Assembly (NCBI GenBank): GCA_963807005.1
Contig: CAWDZK010000006.1
Coordinates: forward strand, 172,612 to 236,611
Source: an uncultured Actinomycetota bacterium
GTDB lineage: Bacteria > Actinomycetota > Actinomycetes > JACCUZ01
Direction of reading: 5' to 3'
Length of the DNA: 64,000 bases
The position numbers were made by a program, and so were the translations under genes. The notes beneath the pieces are model-generated. The model was not told the origin of the DNA and made no database searches. It saw only the letters and a program-made list of their open reading frames with translations. Position 1 is the stretch's first letter. The number at the start of each line of letters is the position of its first letter. Of the stretch, positions 1 through 8,698 are shown piece after piece.

Positions 1-142
1 CAGACCAGAGCCGTACCGACCAGGAGGACCCATGACCGCCACCGACCACACAGCGACCCGGGCTCAGCACCGCGTGCGGACCTGCTTCTGCTGATCCCAG
101 CGCAGGGGACGACGCCGCGGCACACGGCCTACCGGTACATCC

Positions 143-640
143 TTGCGCGTCACTCGCCTGTCGATGGGCTGGGTGTTCCTGTGGGCGTTCCTCGACAAGA
201 TGTTCGCGCTGGGGTTCGCCACCGGCCGGAACGCCGAGACCGGCGTCGTCGACCGCTTCGGCGACGCGGCCTGGATCAACGGCGGCAGCCCGACCGAGGG
301 CTTCCTCAAGTTCGGCGCGGACGGCCCGTTCCAGGGCTTCTACAACGACATCGCGGGTGCTGCGTGGGCGGACTGGCTGTTCATGCTGGGTCTGCTCGGT
401 ATCGGCACGGCTCTCATGCTGGGCATCGTGATGCGGTTCGCCGCCGCAGCCGGTGCCCTGCTGCTCGTGATGATGTGGAGCGCAGTGCTCCCGCCCGCGA
501 ACAACCCGTTCATGGATGACCACATCATCTACGCGCTGGTGCTCGTCGTCCTCGTCCTCGCCTCGGCCGGTCACACCCTCGGCTTCGGTCGTACCTGGGA
601 GAAGATGGCGATCGTCCAGCGGTACGGCATCCTCAAGTAG
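143..640 (+). CDS. DoxX-family integral membrane protein (quinol-binding subunit family). An in-frame TGA at 92-94 places the start downstream of it; the first ATG is at 143.
   Basis: The 165-aa ORF is hydrophobic with several predicted TM helices (LGLLGIGTALMLGIVMRF, IIYALVLVVLVLASAG) and a DoxX-like composition. Confidence 0.55.
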   Translation: MRVTRLSMGWVFLWAFLDKMFALGFATGRNAETGVVDRFGDAAWINGGSPTEGFLKFGADGPFQGFYNDIAGAAWADWLFMLGLLGIGTALMLGIVMRFAAAAGALLLVMMWSAVLPPANNPFMDDHIIYALVLVVLVLASAGHTLGFGRTWEKMAIVQRYGILK

Positions 641-722
641 CCAGTTGCTTGACGTCCGAGGGCCGGGGCCCGGTGGTCCCGGCCCTTCGCCGTACCCCGG
701 CCGACGACCGAGCGAGATCGGC

Positions 723-2453
723 TCAGGAAGAGGCGGCCGGTACCCGCCAGACCGCGGACGTCCCGCCGTCCGGGCCGGCCTGACGCATCTCGAAGGACCC
801 GCCGAGGGACACGGCCCGCTCGGCCATGTTGCCCAGGCCGCTGCGACGGCCGGAGTCGACGTATCCGACGCCGTCGTCGGTCACGATCAGCACCACCTCG
901 TCGCCGGTGTTGAGGCGGACGACGACCGACGTGGCCTGGGCGTGACGCGCGACGTTGGACAGCGCCTCGCGGAGGACGGCGAGCAGGTGCGGCCGCAGCT
1001 CGGGCCGGATCGCGCTGTCGACCGGTCCCTCGGTGTGCAGCCGGGGGGCGAAGCCCAGCGCCTGGGTCGCGACTGACATTGCCTCGCCGAGCTCGGCCCG
1101 GAGGTCGGAGGACGTCTCCGGCGCGGAGAGCTCGAAGATGGTCCGGCGGATGTCCTTGATCGTGGCGTCGATGTCGTCGACGGCTCCGGTGATCCGGTCG
1201 GTCACCTCAGGTCGTGTCGTCATCCGTGCGGCGTTGTCCAGTGTCAGCCCGACCGCGAACAGCCGCTGGATCACCAGGTCGTGCAGGTCGCGACCGATCC
1301 GGTCCCGGTCCTCGAAGACAGCGAGCCGGCCACGGTCTTCCTGTGCCTGGGCCACCTGCAGGGCCAGCGCCGCCTGTTCCGCGAACGACTCCAGCAGCAC
1401 GATGTCGCTGTCGCGCAGCCCGGAGTCGGGGGCCCACGTCATCAGCAGCATGCCGTCGGCGGGGCCTTCACCGCCCAAGGGGAGCAGCAGCAGGTGATCG
1501 AGCAGGTCAGTGCGCCGCGTCGTGACGAGCCCGAGCTCCGCCAGACCGGCCGCGACGTCGGAGCCGCTGAGCAGGACGGTCCTGCCCTCGTCGAGGACCG
1601 GGGCGGCGAACGACTCCGCGTCCAGCGACAGGGACTCGGCCGGCTTCCTGGCCGCGTCCCCGGAGACGACCTCGATGGCCAGCTGGCCGCCCTCCCGCCG
1701 GAGCAGGACGGCGGCCGAGTGGGCGCCCGCGACCTCCCGCGCCCGGTCGGCGACCAGCTCGAGCGCCTTGGCCTGCTCGACCTGTCCCAGCAGCGCCGCG
1801 GTGATCTCCGCAGCTGCCTCGAGCCAGCGCTGGCGAAGCGCTGACTCCTCGTACAGCCGGGCGTTCTCGATCACCACGCCGGCTGCAGCGGCGAGCGCGA
1901 TCACGATCTCCTGGTCCTCGATGGTGAAGTTCCCACCGGACTTCTTCTCGGTCAGGTAGAGGTTGCCGAAGACCTTGTCCCGGATGCGCACCGGGACACC
2001 GAGGAAGGTGTCCATCGGGGGGTGGTTCGGCGGGAACCCGTAGGACTGAGGGTGGTCCGCCAGCCGCGTCAGCCGGAGCGGCTCGGGGGAGTCGATGATG
2101 ACGCCGAGGATGCCGTGCCCACGGGGCAGGTCGCCGATCGCTTCGCGCTGCTCGTCGGTGAGCCCATGGGTGATGAACTGGCGCAGCCGTCGGTCCGTGC
2201 CGACCTCGATGACGCCGAGCGCGCCGTACCGGGCGTCGGCGAGCTGGCAGGAGACCCGCACGATGCGCTGCAGGACCGAGTCCAGGTCGAGGTCCGCGGC
2301 GATGCCGACGACGGCGTCGAGCAGGACCCGCAACCGCTCCTGACTGTCCAGGACGTCCCCGACGCGCGTCAGCAGCTCAGAGAGCAGCTCGTCCAGCCGG
2401 GCCCGGGCGAGGGGAGGCAACGCAGCGGACGGCCTCGCGTCGCCGCCGGCCAT
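723..2453 (-). CDS. GAF-domain sensor histidine kinase of the DosS/DevS/DosT type (GAF-GAF-HisKA_3-HATPase_c). The ORF tracker extends to 2705; the ATG at 2453 (MAGGDARP) is the preferred start.
   Basis: Two GAF-like segments are followed by HDLVIQRLFAVGLTLD (HisKA_3 H-box) and a C-terminal ATPase (N-box LSNVARHA, G-box DDGVGY..GLGNMAERA). At 577 aa it is the same size as Mycobacterium tuberculosis DevS. Confidence 0.75.
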   Translation of the reverse strand: MAGGDARPSAALPPLARARLDELLSELLTRVGDVLDSQERLRVLLDAVVGIAADLDLDSVLQRIVRVSCQLADARYGALGVIEVGTDRRLRQFITHGLTDEQREAIGDLPRGHGILGVIIDSPEPLRLTRLADHPQSYGFPPNHPPMDTFLGVPVRIRDKVFGNLYLTEKKSGGNFTIEDQEIVIALAAAAGVVIENARLYEESALRQRWLEAAAEITAALLGQVEQAKALELVADRAREVAGAHSAAVLLRREGGQLAIEVVSGDAARKPAESLSLDAESFAAPVLDEGRTVLLSGSDVAAGLAELGLVTTRRTDLLDHLLLLPLGGEGPADGMLLMTWAPDSGLRDSDIVLLESFAEQAALALQVAQAQEDRGRLAVFEDRDRIGRDLHDLVIQRLFAVGLTLDNAARMTTRPEVTDRITGAVDDIDATIKDIRRTIFELSAPETSSDLRAELGEAMSVATQALGFAPRLHTEGPVDSAIRPELRPHLLAVLREALSNVARHAQATSVVVRLNTGDEVVLIVTDDGVGYVDSGRRSGLGNMAERAVSLGGSFEMRQAGPDGGTSAVWRVPAASS

Positions 2454-2590
2454 AGGGACCTCCCGGCCTCGTGAGCTGTCGTGGCTGTCACCGAGCGTAA
2501 TCCGCTGCACCCGCCGGTGTGGGACCAACGGCCCTGACCGGTCGACCTGCGGCCGCCTAGCGTCGGGGACGAGGCAGCGGGAGCTGCCGA

Positions 2591-3043
2591 GTGGAGGTGT
2601 CTGCCGTGTCCGTCCAGGAGCCGACCGACCGCAGGGGGCTGCGTGTCCTGCCCTTCGACGAGTGCCTGCTCCTGCTCCGCAGGGCCGGAGTGGGACGGGT
2701 GGCATTCGTCCATGACGGTGAGCCCGAGGTACTGCCGGTGACGTTCGGGATGGACGGCACCGCGCCGGTCTTCCGCACCTCGTGGGGGTCCAAGTTCGAC
2801 GGGGCCGCCAGCGGCGGTCTGGTGGCCCTCGAGACGGACTGGGTCGACGAGCCGGGCGGGCGAGCGGGCAGCGTCGTGGTCAAGGGCACCGCTGCCGTCG
2901 ACTACGACGAGGACGCGATCGCTCGCTACGAGGCTCTCGGCGTGCCCATCTGGGTGCCGGCCGGGTCGGAGATGTTCTGGGTCCGGGTCCAGCCCGAGAG
3001 CGTCACCGGCCGCGAACTCGTGCTGCCGTCAGCGTCGCGCTAG
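2591..3043 (+). CDS. Pyridoxamine 5'-phosphate oxidase-like (FMN/F420-binding split-barrel) family protein with a GTG start.
   Basis: The 150-aa ORF has the typical PNPOx-like N-terminus (LPFDECLLLLRRAGVGRVAF...EVLPVTF) and is divergent from the kinase gene. Confidence 0.5.
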   Translation: MEVSAVSVQEPTDRRGLRVLPFDECLLLLRRAGVGRVAFVHDGEPEVLPVTFGMDGTAPVFRTSWGSKFDGAASGGLVALETDWVDEPGGRAGSVVVKGTAAVDYDEDAIARYEALGVPIWVPAGSEMFWVRVQPESVTGRELVLPSASR

Positions 3044-3244
3044 GGAACGAGCGCTCCCGGCGGGCTTCTGTCCACGATGGTGGCGGGAGGGACCGGCGCC
3101 GCTTAGGTGGCGTCACGAGGTGCACGGTGGGCGCGGGAAGCGCTGCTCTGTGCCTGTGGTTAGGTCCCTTCCGCCACCTCCATCAGACACCAGCCGGGGC
3201 GCTCTGACCAGGGTCGTTCGGCCCGCGTTGGTGCCGCTCGGCGG

Positions 3245-3757
3245 TCACACGAAGATGATCTGGGCGCCGCTCGTCATCTCGATGAAGTCGGCCGCGCTGA
3301 TGATGTCCTCGACACCGTCGTAGAGGTCGTCCATCGCGAGGTGCTGCATGTCCGCGGACATCCGGCAGGCCCACAGGTGGCCGCCGGAGTCGACGATCTG
3401 CTCGAGGAACTCGGGTACCTCCGGCACGCCGATCTCCGCGATCGACTTCTTCAGCTTCGAGGTCGCCAGCGTGGTCATCCAGGGCAGTCCACCGAGGCCC
3501 TGCGGCATGTGGGTGGCGGTGTTGCCGAGCATGGTGAACTTGAGGTCGGCCATCGTCTTCTTGTTGATCAGCTCGAAGCCCCAGAACGTGAAGAACATGT
3601 GGGTCTCGATGCCCTCGCCGAGTGCGGCGTTGGCCAGCACCAGGCCCGGGTAGGCCATGTCGAGGCTGCCCTTCGAGCAGATGATGGCGAGCTTGCGGCC
3701 GGTCTCCTGCTCGCCGAACTGCGGGACGATCGGTGCGGTGGACGTGGTGCTGGTCAT
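3245..3757 (-). CDS. DsrE/DsrF-like sulfur-relay family protein. The alternative GTG at 3784 would overlap the stop of the upstream gene.
   Basis: The motif KLAIICSKGSLDMAYPGLVLANAALGEG carries the conserved active-site Cys of DsrE-like proteins. An RBS-like GAGGAAGGA precedes the ATG at 3757. Confidence 0.65.
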   Translation of the reverse strand: MTSTTSTAPIVPQFGEQETGRKLAIICSKGSLDMAYPGLVLANAALGEGIETHMFFTFWGFELINKKTMADLKFTMLGNTATHMPQGLGGLPWMTTLATSKLKKSIAEIGVPEVPEFLEQIVDSGGHLWACRMSADMQHLAMDDLYDGVEDIISAADFIEMTSGAQIIFV

Positions 3758-3780
3758 CGCGGGTCCTTCCTCGGTCGCGG

Positions 3781-4101
3781 TCACACGCAGCCGCGCGGCT
3801 TGGGCAGCCCGGCGACGTAGGCCATCTTCTTGGCCGGCTTGACGGGGAAGAGCGCGAACAACGTGCGGGTCGGCACGCCGGCGCCCGTCGTCACCCGACG
3901 GAGCGTCGCGGTCTCGCCGTGCTCGAGGAAGTCCGAGCGCAGGAACGCGAGGATCCGCAGGTGCTCAGGGGTGAGCTCGATCCCGATCTGGTCTGCGAGC
4001 ACCCGGGCCAGGTCCTCGTCCCACTCGTCGTAGGAGGTGAGAAAGCCTTCGGCGTCGACGTGCACGTCGTGCCCGGCAATGGTGGTGACGGTCATGCTCA
4101 T
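3781..4101 (-). CDS. TusE/DsrC/DsvC-family sulfur-relay protein of the single-cysteine (TusE-like) type.
   Basis: The 106-aa protein ends in the family-diagnostic AGLPKPRGCV and has no second Cys about 10 residues upstream. An RBS GGAGG sits 6 nt before the ATG at 4101, which overlaps the SQR stop in ATGA. Confidence 0.75.
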   Translation of the reverse strand: MSMTVTTIAGHDVHVDAEGFLTSYDEWDEDLARVLADQIGIELTPEHLRILAFLRSDFLEHGETATLRRVTTGAGVPTRTLFALFPVKPAKKMAYVAGLPKPRGCV

Positions 4102-5399
4102 GCCTCCGTGTTCTCGGGGTTCTCGAGCTGCTTGCCGGCCATGCTCATGTTGGCCGGCAGGGGTAGCGATCGTCCGGGCAGCAACAGGTTCCAGTAGGCC
4201 CAGCGGAACGCGAGCTTGCCCCAGTGGTTGACCCGGGTCTCCTTCAGCAGCCGGAACGGTCCGACGTGCGGCACCGGGTAGGTACCGGGGAGGGGCTGGG
4301 TGTCGTAGTTGAAGTCCAGCAGCATCGCCCGGCCGTCGCCGGACTCGACGAAGCAGTTGGCGTGGCCGTCGAACTCGTGGGTCATCGGTCGCCCCGCGAT
4401 GTGCTCGAGGAAGTTCTCGACGAAGACGTCGATCGAGAAGTGCGCCACCGACCCCGCCTTGGAGGTGGGGATGTCGGACGCGTCGCCGAGAGCGAAGACG
4501 TCGTCGTACCCGGTCGCCAGGCTGGTACGCCGGTCCACGGGGACGAGGTTGAGCTCGTCCCCCAGCCCGGACTTCGCCACGAACTCGGCACCGAGGTTCG
4601 GGGGGACCGTGATCAGCAGGTCGAACGGAAGGGTGCGGCCGTCGTACGAGCTCAGCGTCCGTGCCTCGGGGTCGACGGCGTCGACGACGAAGTCGGGCTC
4701 GAGCCCGATGCCCCTCGTGGCGAGCAGGTGCCCGAGCCGCTGGGACGCAACAGGTTTGGTGAACGCGCCGTCCAGCGGCGTGACGTAGGTGAGCTCGACG
4801 GCGTCCCGGTGCCCGAGCCGGCGGAACCGGTCGTCGAGCAGGAACGCGAGCTCGAGCGGGGCGACGGGGCACTTGATCGGCATCTCAGCCACGTGGACGA
4901 GGACCCGACCGCCGGTGAAGCCGTTGAGCGCCTCACGCAGGGCGATGCTGCCGTCGATCGTGTAGAAGTCGTGGGCGCTGCGGCGCCAGACCCGGTCGTC
5001 GAGCAGCCCGGGGACCTGCTCGGGACGCGGGGTGACGCCGGTCGCGACCACCAGCTGGTCGTAGTCCAGCCGGGTCCCGTCGACGAGCACCACCTGGTGC
5101 TCGTCGGTGCTCACGTGGTCCACCTCGCCCCGGCGCAGGTCCACGCCGTTGACGAGGCACGCCTCGACAGGGCGCTCCAGCTGCTCCCTCCGGTAGCCGC
5201 CGAACGGCAGGAACAGGTAGCCCGGCTGGTACCGGTGCACGGCCTCCGGCTCCACGACCACGATCTCCCAGCCGGCATCCAGCCGCCGGCGGAGCCGGTT
5301 GGCGACCATGGTTCCTGCGGTGCCCGCCCCGAGCACGAGCACGGTGCGAGCACCAGGGCCCGGTCCCGGGCGGCTTGTCTCGTCAGAACCGTGGGACAT
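4098..5399 (-). CDS. FAD-dependent pyridine nucleotide-disulfide oxidoreductase, sulfide:quinone oxidoreductase (SQR)-like.
   Basis: VLVLGAGTAGTMVANRL is a Rossmann GxGxxG motif. The 433-aa size, the conserved Cys residues, the translational coupling to TusE/DsrE and the 17-nt overlap with the upstream USP all fit an SQR. Confidence 0.7.
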   Translation of the reverse strand: MSHGSDETSRPGPGPGARTVLVLGAGTAGTMVANRLRRRLDAGWEIVVVEPEAVHRYQPGYLFLPFGGYRREQLERPVEACLVNGVDLRRGEVDHVSTDEHQVVLVDGTRLDYDQLVVATGVTPRPEQVPGLLDDRVWRRSAHDFYTIDGSIALREALNGFTGGRVLVHVAEMPIKCPVAPLELAFLLDDRFRRLGHRDAVELTYVTPLDGAFTKPVASQRLGHLLATRGIGLEPDFVVDAVDPEARTLSSYDGRTLPFDLLITVPPNLGAEFVAKSGLGDELNLVPVDRRTSLATGYDDVFALGDASDIPTSKAGSVAHFSIDVFVENFLEHIAGRPMTHEFDGHANCFVESGDGRAMLLDFNYDTQPLPGTYPVPHVGPFRLLKETRVNHWGKLAFRWAYWNLLLPGRSLPLPANMSMAGKQLENPENTEA

Positions 5400-5883
5400 C
5401 AGGCACCTCGATCTGGAGCTCGGACGGGTCGGCGTGGACGGTGACGAGCTGGGGCGCCGGTGGCGGGACCGCCACGACGGGGCACGCGGCGTGTGAGAGC
5501 ACGTAGTGGCTGATCGAGCCGTGCAGTACCCGGCCCAGTCCGCGGTGCTCGTGCGTACCGACGACCAGGACGCAGTCGTCGTCCGCGGCCGCCGCAGCGA
5601 CCAGGGTCGGTCCGGGCGCGCCCTCGATGACTTCCAGCCGCCAGGTCACCGAGCTGTCGTCGCGGTCGAGTCGGGCCGTCCACTGCTCGGCCGCCTTGCG
5701 TGCGGCCTGCTCCTCCTCGTGCCGGATCTCTGCGACCGGCACGTAGGCCGACGCGGCGTCCGGTCGCCAGGTGTGGACCACGCGCAGCGTGCGCCCGGTC
5801 GTCCTGGCGAGGTCCCAGGCCCAGACCAGAGCCTGCGCTGCAGCGTCCGACTCGTCCAGTCCGACGACGATGGTTGCGCTCAT
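5383..5883 (-). CDS. Universal stress protein (UspA family).
   Basis: The 166-aa protein carries the typical UspA ATP-binding C-terminus (VLVVGTHEHRGLGRVLHGSISHYVLSHAACPVVAV) and is first in the operon with SQR. Confidence 0.7.
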   Translation of the reverse strand: MSATIVVGLDESDAAAQALVWAWDLARTTGRTLRVVHTWRPDAASAYVPVAEIRHEEEQAARKAAEQWTARLDRDDSSVTWRLEVIEGAPGPTLVAAAAADDDCVLVVGTHEHRGLGRVLHGSISHYVLSHAACPVVAVPPPAPQLVTVHADPSELQIEVPDVPRF

Positions 5884-6075
5884 GCCACCTTCTCTCCCTC
5901 ACGGCCAGCGTGGTGGCCCGGCGGCACTTGCCGGTACCGACCAAGGGCCCGCGTCCGCAGGACCACCGACCGGGGGCCGGCGACGGACCAAGGGCCTCTT
6001 GCCCGTCGGCGGCGCGGGCGGGAGGGTGGGGGTGGGCCCGGATCGGGTCCGACCCGGAACGTGGAGGAGGCTGCC

Positions 6076-6279
6076 GTGCGCGCAGAGGTCGGCGACCAGA
6101 TCATCATCAGGAGCGCCCACGTCGACGAGCCGGTCCGGGACGGCGAGGTCCTGGAGGTACGGGGACCGGACGGCGGCCCGCCCTACCGGGTGCGGTGGGC
6201 CGACACCGGCCACGACGCGCTGTTCTTCCCCGGGCCGGACGCCACCGTGCACCACCTGCACGAGCCGGGGAAGGGCTGA
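6076..6279 (+). CDS. DUF1918-domain small protein with a GTG start.
   Basis: The 67-aa protein begins VRAEVGDQIIIR...RVRWADTGHDALFFPGPDA. A perfect RBS GGAGGAGG sits 6 nt upstream of GTG 6076, and the long upstream ORF extension is an in-frame artifact. Confidence 0.55.
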   Translation: MRAEVGDQIIIRSAHVDEPVRDGEVLEVRGPDGGPPYRVRWADTGHDALFFPGPDATVHHLHEPGKG

Positions 6280-6343
6280 CGGCTGCCGAGGAACGGGCCG
6301 CGGGCCGGCCCGCCCCTCGACAGCGACTGTTGTCGCGGAGCTG

Positions 6344-7339
6344 TCAGCAGCTCAGCGCGCGGGGCCTCGACCGCGGGCTGGAGCACGTGTCCTGACCGGC
6401 GCCACCGCGGATCTGGTCGACTCCCGGCCCTCCGACGAGGACGTCGTCGCCGCCGCGGCCCTTGATCAGGTCCTCGCCGTAGCCGCCGTAGTACCGGTCC
6501 GCGTCCAGCGACGTCACCTTGTCCCGGAGGTCGTCGGCACCCTTGTTGCCGTACCCGACGTCGCTGCCCGTGTAGCCACGGACGATGTCATCTCCGGGCC
6601 CGCCGGCCATCCGGTCGTCGCCCTGACGCCCGTACAGCCGGTCGTCGTCCGGCCCGCCCTCCAGGGTGTCGTCCCCGTAGCTGCCCCAGAGCGAGTTCAG
6701 CCCGTCCTGGCCCCGCAGGGTGTCGGCCCCGCTGCCGCCGTGGAGGAACTCGACCGTGCCGGCGGTCCGCGGGTCGTCGGCCGGCACGCCGACGTTGTCG
6801 CCGCCGAGGATCAGGTCGTCGCCTGCGTCGCCGTACAGCTTGTCGGTGCCGCCCTGGCCGTCGATGCGGTCGTCGCCGGCGCCGCCGTGGACGACGTCGA
6901 AGCCGGTCGTCACCGCCTCGGCGTTGTCGCTGGTCTTCTGCAGCGAGTTGTCGCCCGCGCAGATGACGTCGTCGCCACCCAGGCCGTCGATGGTGTCGCC
7001 ACCGCCGAGCCCGAGGATGACGTCGTTGCCCGGGGTGCCGGTCAGCGTGTCGGCCTTGTCGGTGCCCAGGATGGTCGGGACCAGGCCGAAGCAGGTGAGC
7101 GGCACGGGAGTTCCCGTCGGGCTGGCGGTCGGAACAGTCGTCGGCGTGCCGGTCGGGCCGCCGGTGGCGGTCGCGGTGCCGGTGCCGTTCGGCGTGGTCG
7201 CGGCGGGCGCGGCGGGCGCGGCGCCGGTGGCGGCGCCGCTGGTCGTGGCCCCGACGAACAGCGCGGCGGTGCCGAGCAGGCCCGCCGCGCCGGTGGCCAG
7301 CAGCGTCGAGCGCAGGGGTGCGAAGGACTGTCGTGACAT
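6344..7339 (-). CDS. Secreted calcium-binding protein with hemolysin-type (RTX, GGxGxD) beta-roll repeats.
   Basis: The signal peptide MSRQSFAPLRSTLLATGAAGLLGTAALFVGA precedes a Thr/Pro/Ala-rich linker and at least 10 nonapeptide repeats (GGGDTIDGL, GGDDVICAG, GAGDDRIDGQGGTDKLYGDAGDDLILGGD...). Confidence 0.6.
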   Translation of the reverse strand: MSRQSFAPLRSTLLATGAAGLLGTAALFVGATTSGAATGAAPAAPAATTPNGTGTATATGGPTGTPTTVPTASPTGTPVPLTCFGLVPTILGTDKADTLTGTPGNDVILGLGGGDTIDGLGGDDVICAGDNSLQKTSDNAEAVTTGFDVVHGGAGDDRIDGQGGTDKLYGDAGDDLILGGDNVGVPADDPRTAGTVEFLHGGSGADTLRGQDGLNSLWGSYGDDTLEGGPDDDRLYGRQGDDRMAGGPGDDIVRGYTGSDVGYGNKGADDLRDKVTSLDADRYYGGYGEDLIKGRGGDDVLVGGPGVDQIRGGAGQDTCSSPRSRPRALSC

Positions 7340-7488
7340 CAGGTGGATCCCCGTCGAGTTGGAGTCGGTACCCCACCAAGGACGGGGTGGGCCAGCGACG
7401 GGTTCGGACGAATGCGGCAGAACGGTCACGCTCGCCGCCGGCGGGACGGATCTGCCGACCGGGCGTACGGCGTGGAAGGCTGACCCGC

Positions 7489-8523
7489 ATGTCCACTCCC
7501 GCGTGGGTCGTCGTCGGCATCGACAACGGCGGCACCAGCAACAACGCCACCGTCCTCGGCCCCGACGGCACCTTCCGGGTCGACCGCCTGGTCGAGGTGC
7601 CGAGCCGGGTCACCGAGGGGCCCGAGGTCGCGGTGGCCGCGATGGTCGAGGCGCTGGACACGGTCCTCGGCGTGACGGGCACCGAGCGCTCGGCGGTCCG
7701 GGCGGTCGGACTGGACACTCCGGGACCGGCCAGCGCCGACGGCGTGATCTCCTCGAAGGGCTCGACGAACTTCTCCTCCCCCGAGTGGTGGGGGTTCGAC
7801 GTCCGGGGCGCGCTGGAACGCCGACTCGGCGTTCCAGTCGTCTACAACAACGACGGGAACGCGGCGGCGTTGTACGCCCACCATGCGCACTTCGGGCCCG
7901 AGGCCGCGCGTCGGTCGTCGGTGTCGGCCGTGGTCGGGACCGGGCTCGGCGGCGGTGTGGTCGAGCGTGGGCAGGTGGTCCGCGGAGCGGCCGGGATGGC
8001 GGGCGAGCTGGGGCACATTCGCATCCCGCTGGACGGCCTGCTCGAAGACGGCCAGCCGGCGCCGCGGTGCAACTGCGGGAACGTCGGCGACGTCGAGAGC
8101 ATCGCGTCGCTGACCGGGATCCTGAAGAACCTGCTGCCGTTCTGGCTGTCCCGGCACCCCGAGCACCACCTCGCCGGGCTCGAGCCGGGGGAGGCGGCCA
8201 AGGCCGTGCGGGGGCTTGCGGTGGCGGGCGACGAGCTGGCGCTGGCGATCTTCGCCCAGCAGGCGGCCGCGCTGGGCCGGCTGTTCACCGTCGCGGCGAA
8301 CTTCACCGACCCGCACGCCTACTTCGTCGGTGGCGGCGTGGTCGAGGCCGAGGCGCACTTCCGCGAGTGGTTCCTCGACCGGGTGCAGGCGGGGACCGAC
8401 CTGCGAGCGGAGCAGCGCCGGATCGCGAGCTTCGCGGTGATCCCGGAGCTGGACATGGCTGGAGCCCGCGGCGCGGCTGTCGCGGCGCTCGCGGTCGCCG
8501 CCCGCCAGTCGTCCGACGACTGA
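7489..8523 (+). CDS. ROK-family protein (sugar kinase or repressor-like, probably a glucokinase or N-acetylglucosamine kinase type).
   Basis: The N-terminal VVGIDNGGTSNNATVLGPDG ATPase motif is present, and CNCGNVGDVES supplies the ROK zinc-binding Cys/His motif. Confidence 0.7.
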   Translation: MSTPAWVVVGIDNGGTSNNATVLGPDGTFRVDRLVEVPSRVTEGPEVAVAAMVEALDTVLGVTGTERSAVRAVGLDTPGPASADGVISSKGSTNFSSPEWWGFDVRGALERRLGVPVVYNNDGNAAALYAHHAHFGPEAARRSSVSAVVGTGLGGGVVERGQVVRGAAGMAGELGHIRIPLDGLLEDGQPAPRCNCGNVGDVESIASLTGILKNLLPFWLSRHPEHHLAGLEPGEAAKAVRGLAVAGDELALAIFAQQAAALGRLFTVAANFTDPHAYFVGGGVVEAEAHFREWFLDRVQAGTDLRAEQRRIASFAVIPELDMAGARGAAVAALAVAARQSSDD

Positions 8524-8698
8524 GGAGCTGCCTCGACGTGCGCACCCGACTGGTCGGCGCCCCGGAGGCGTTGGAGTTCGTCCGTCGCCTCGCCTTCGAC
8601 CCGCCGACCGCAGCCTTCGACGCCGCCTTCTCCAGCAGCTGACCTCCGAGGTGCGACGCTGTCGCCGTGACAGCGCTCCTCCGCACCTCCGGCCGACG

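Noticed and set aside
723-2705. A DosR/DevR response-regulator gene expected upstream of the DosS-like kinase
   Set aside because: The 138 bp between the kinase start (2453) and the divergent PNPOx gene contain no ORF, and the N-terminal extension of the tracker ORF to 2705 is not a regulator. The kinase is therefore treated as an orphan.
5506-7336. Long plus-strand ORFs (257, 231 and 521 aa) covering the USP/DUF1918/RTX region
   Set aside because: Only the last 67 codons (DUF1918, with a perfect RBS) look genuine. The rest overlaps better-supported minus-strand genes and is Arg/Gly/Pro-rich.
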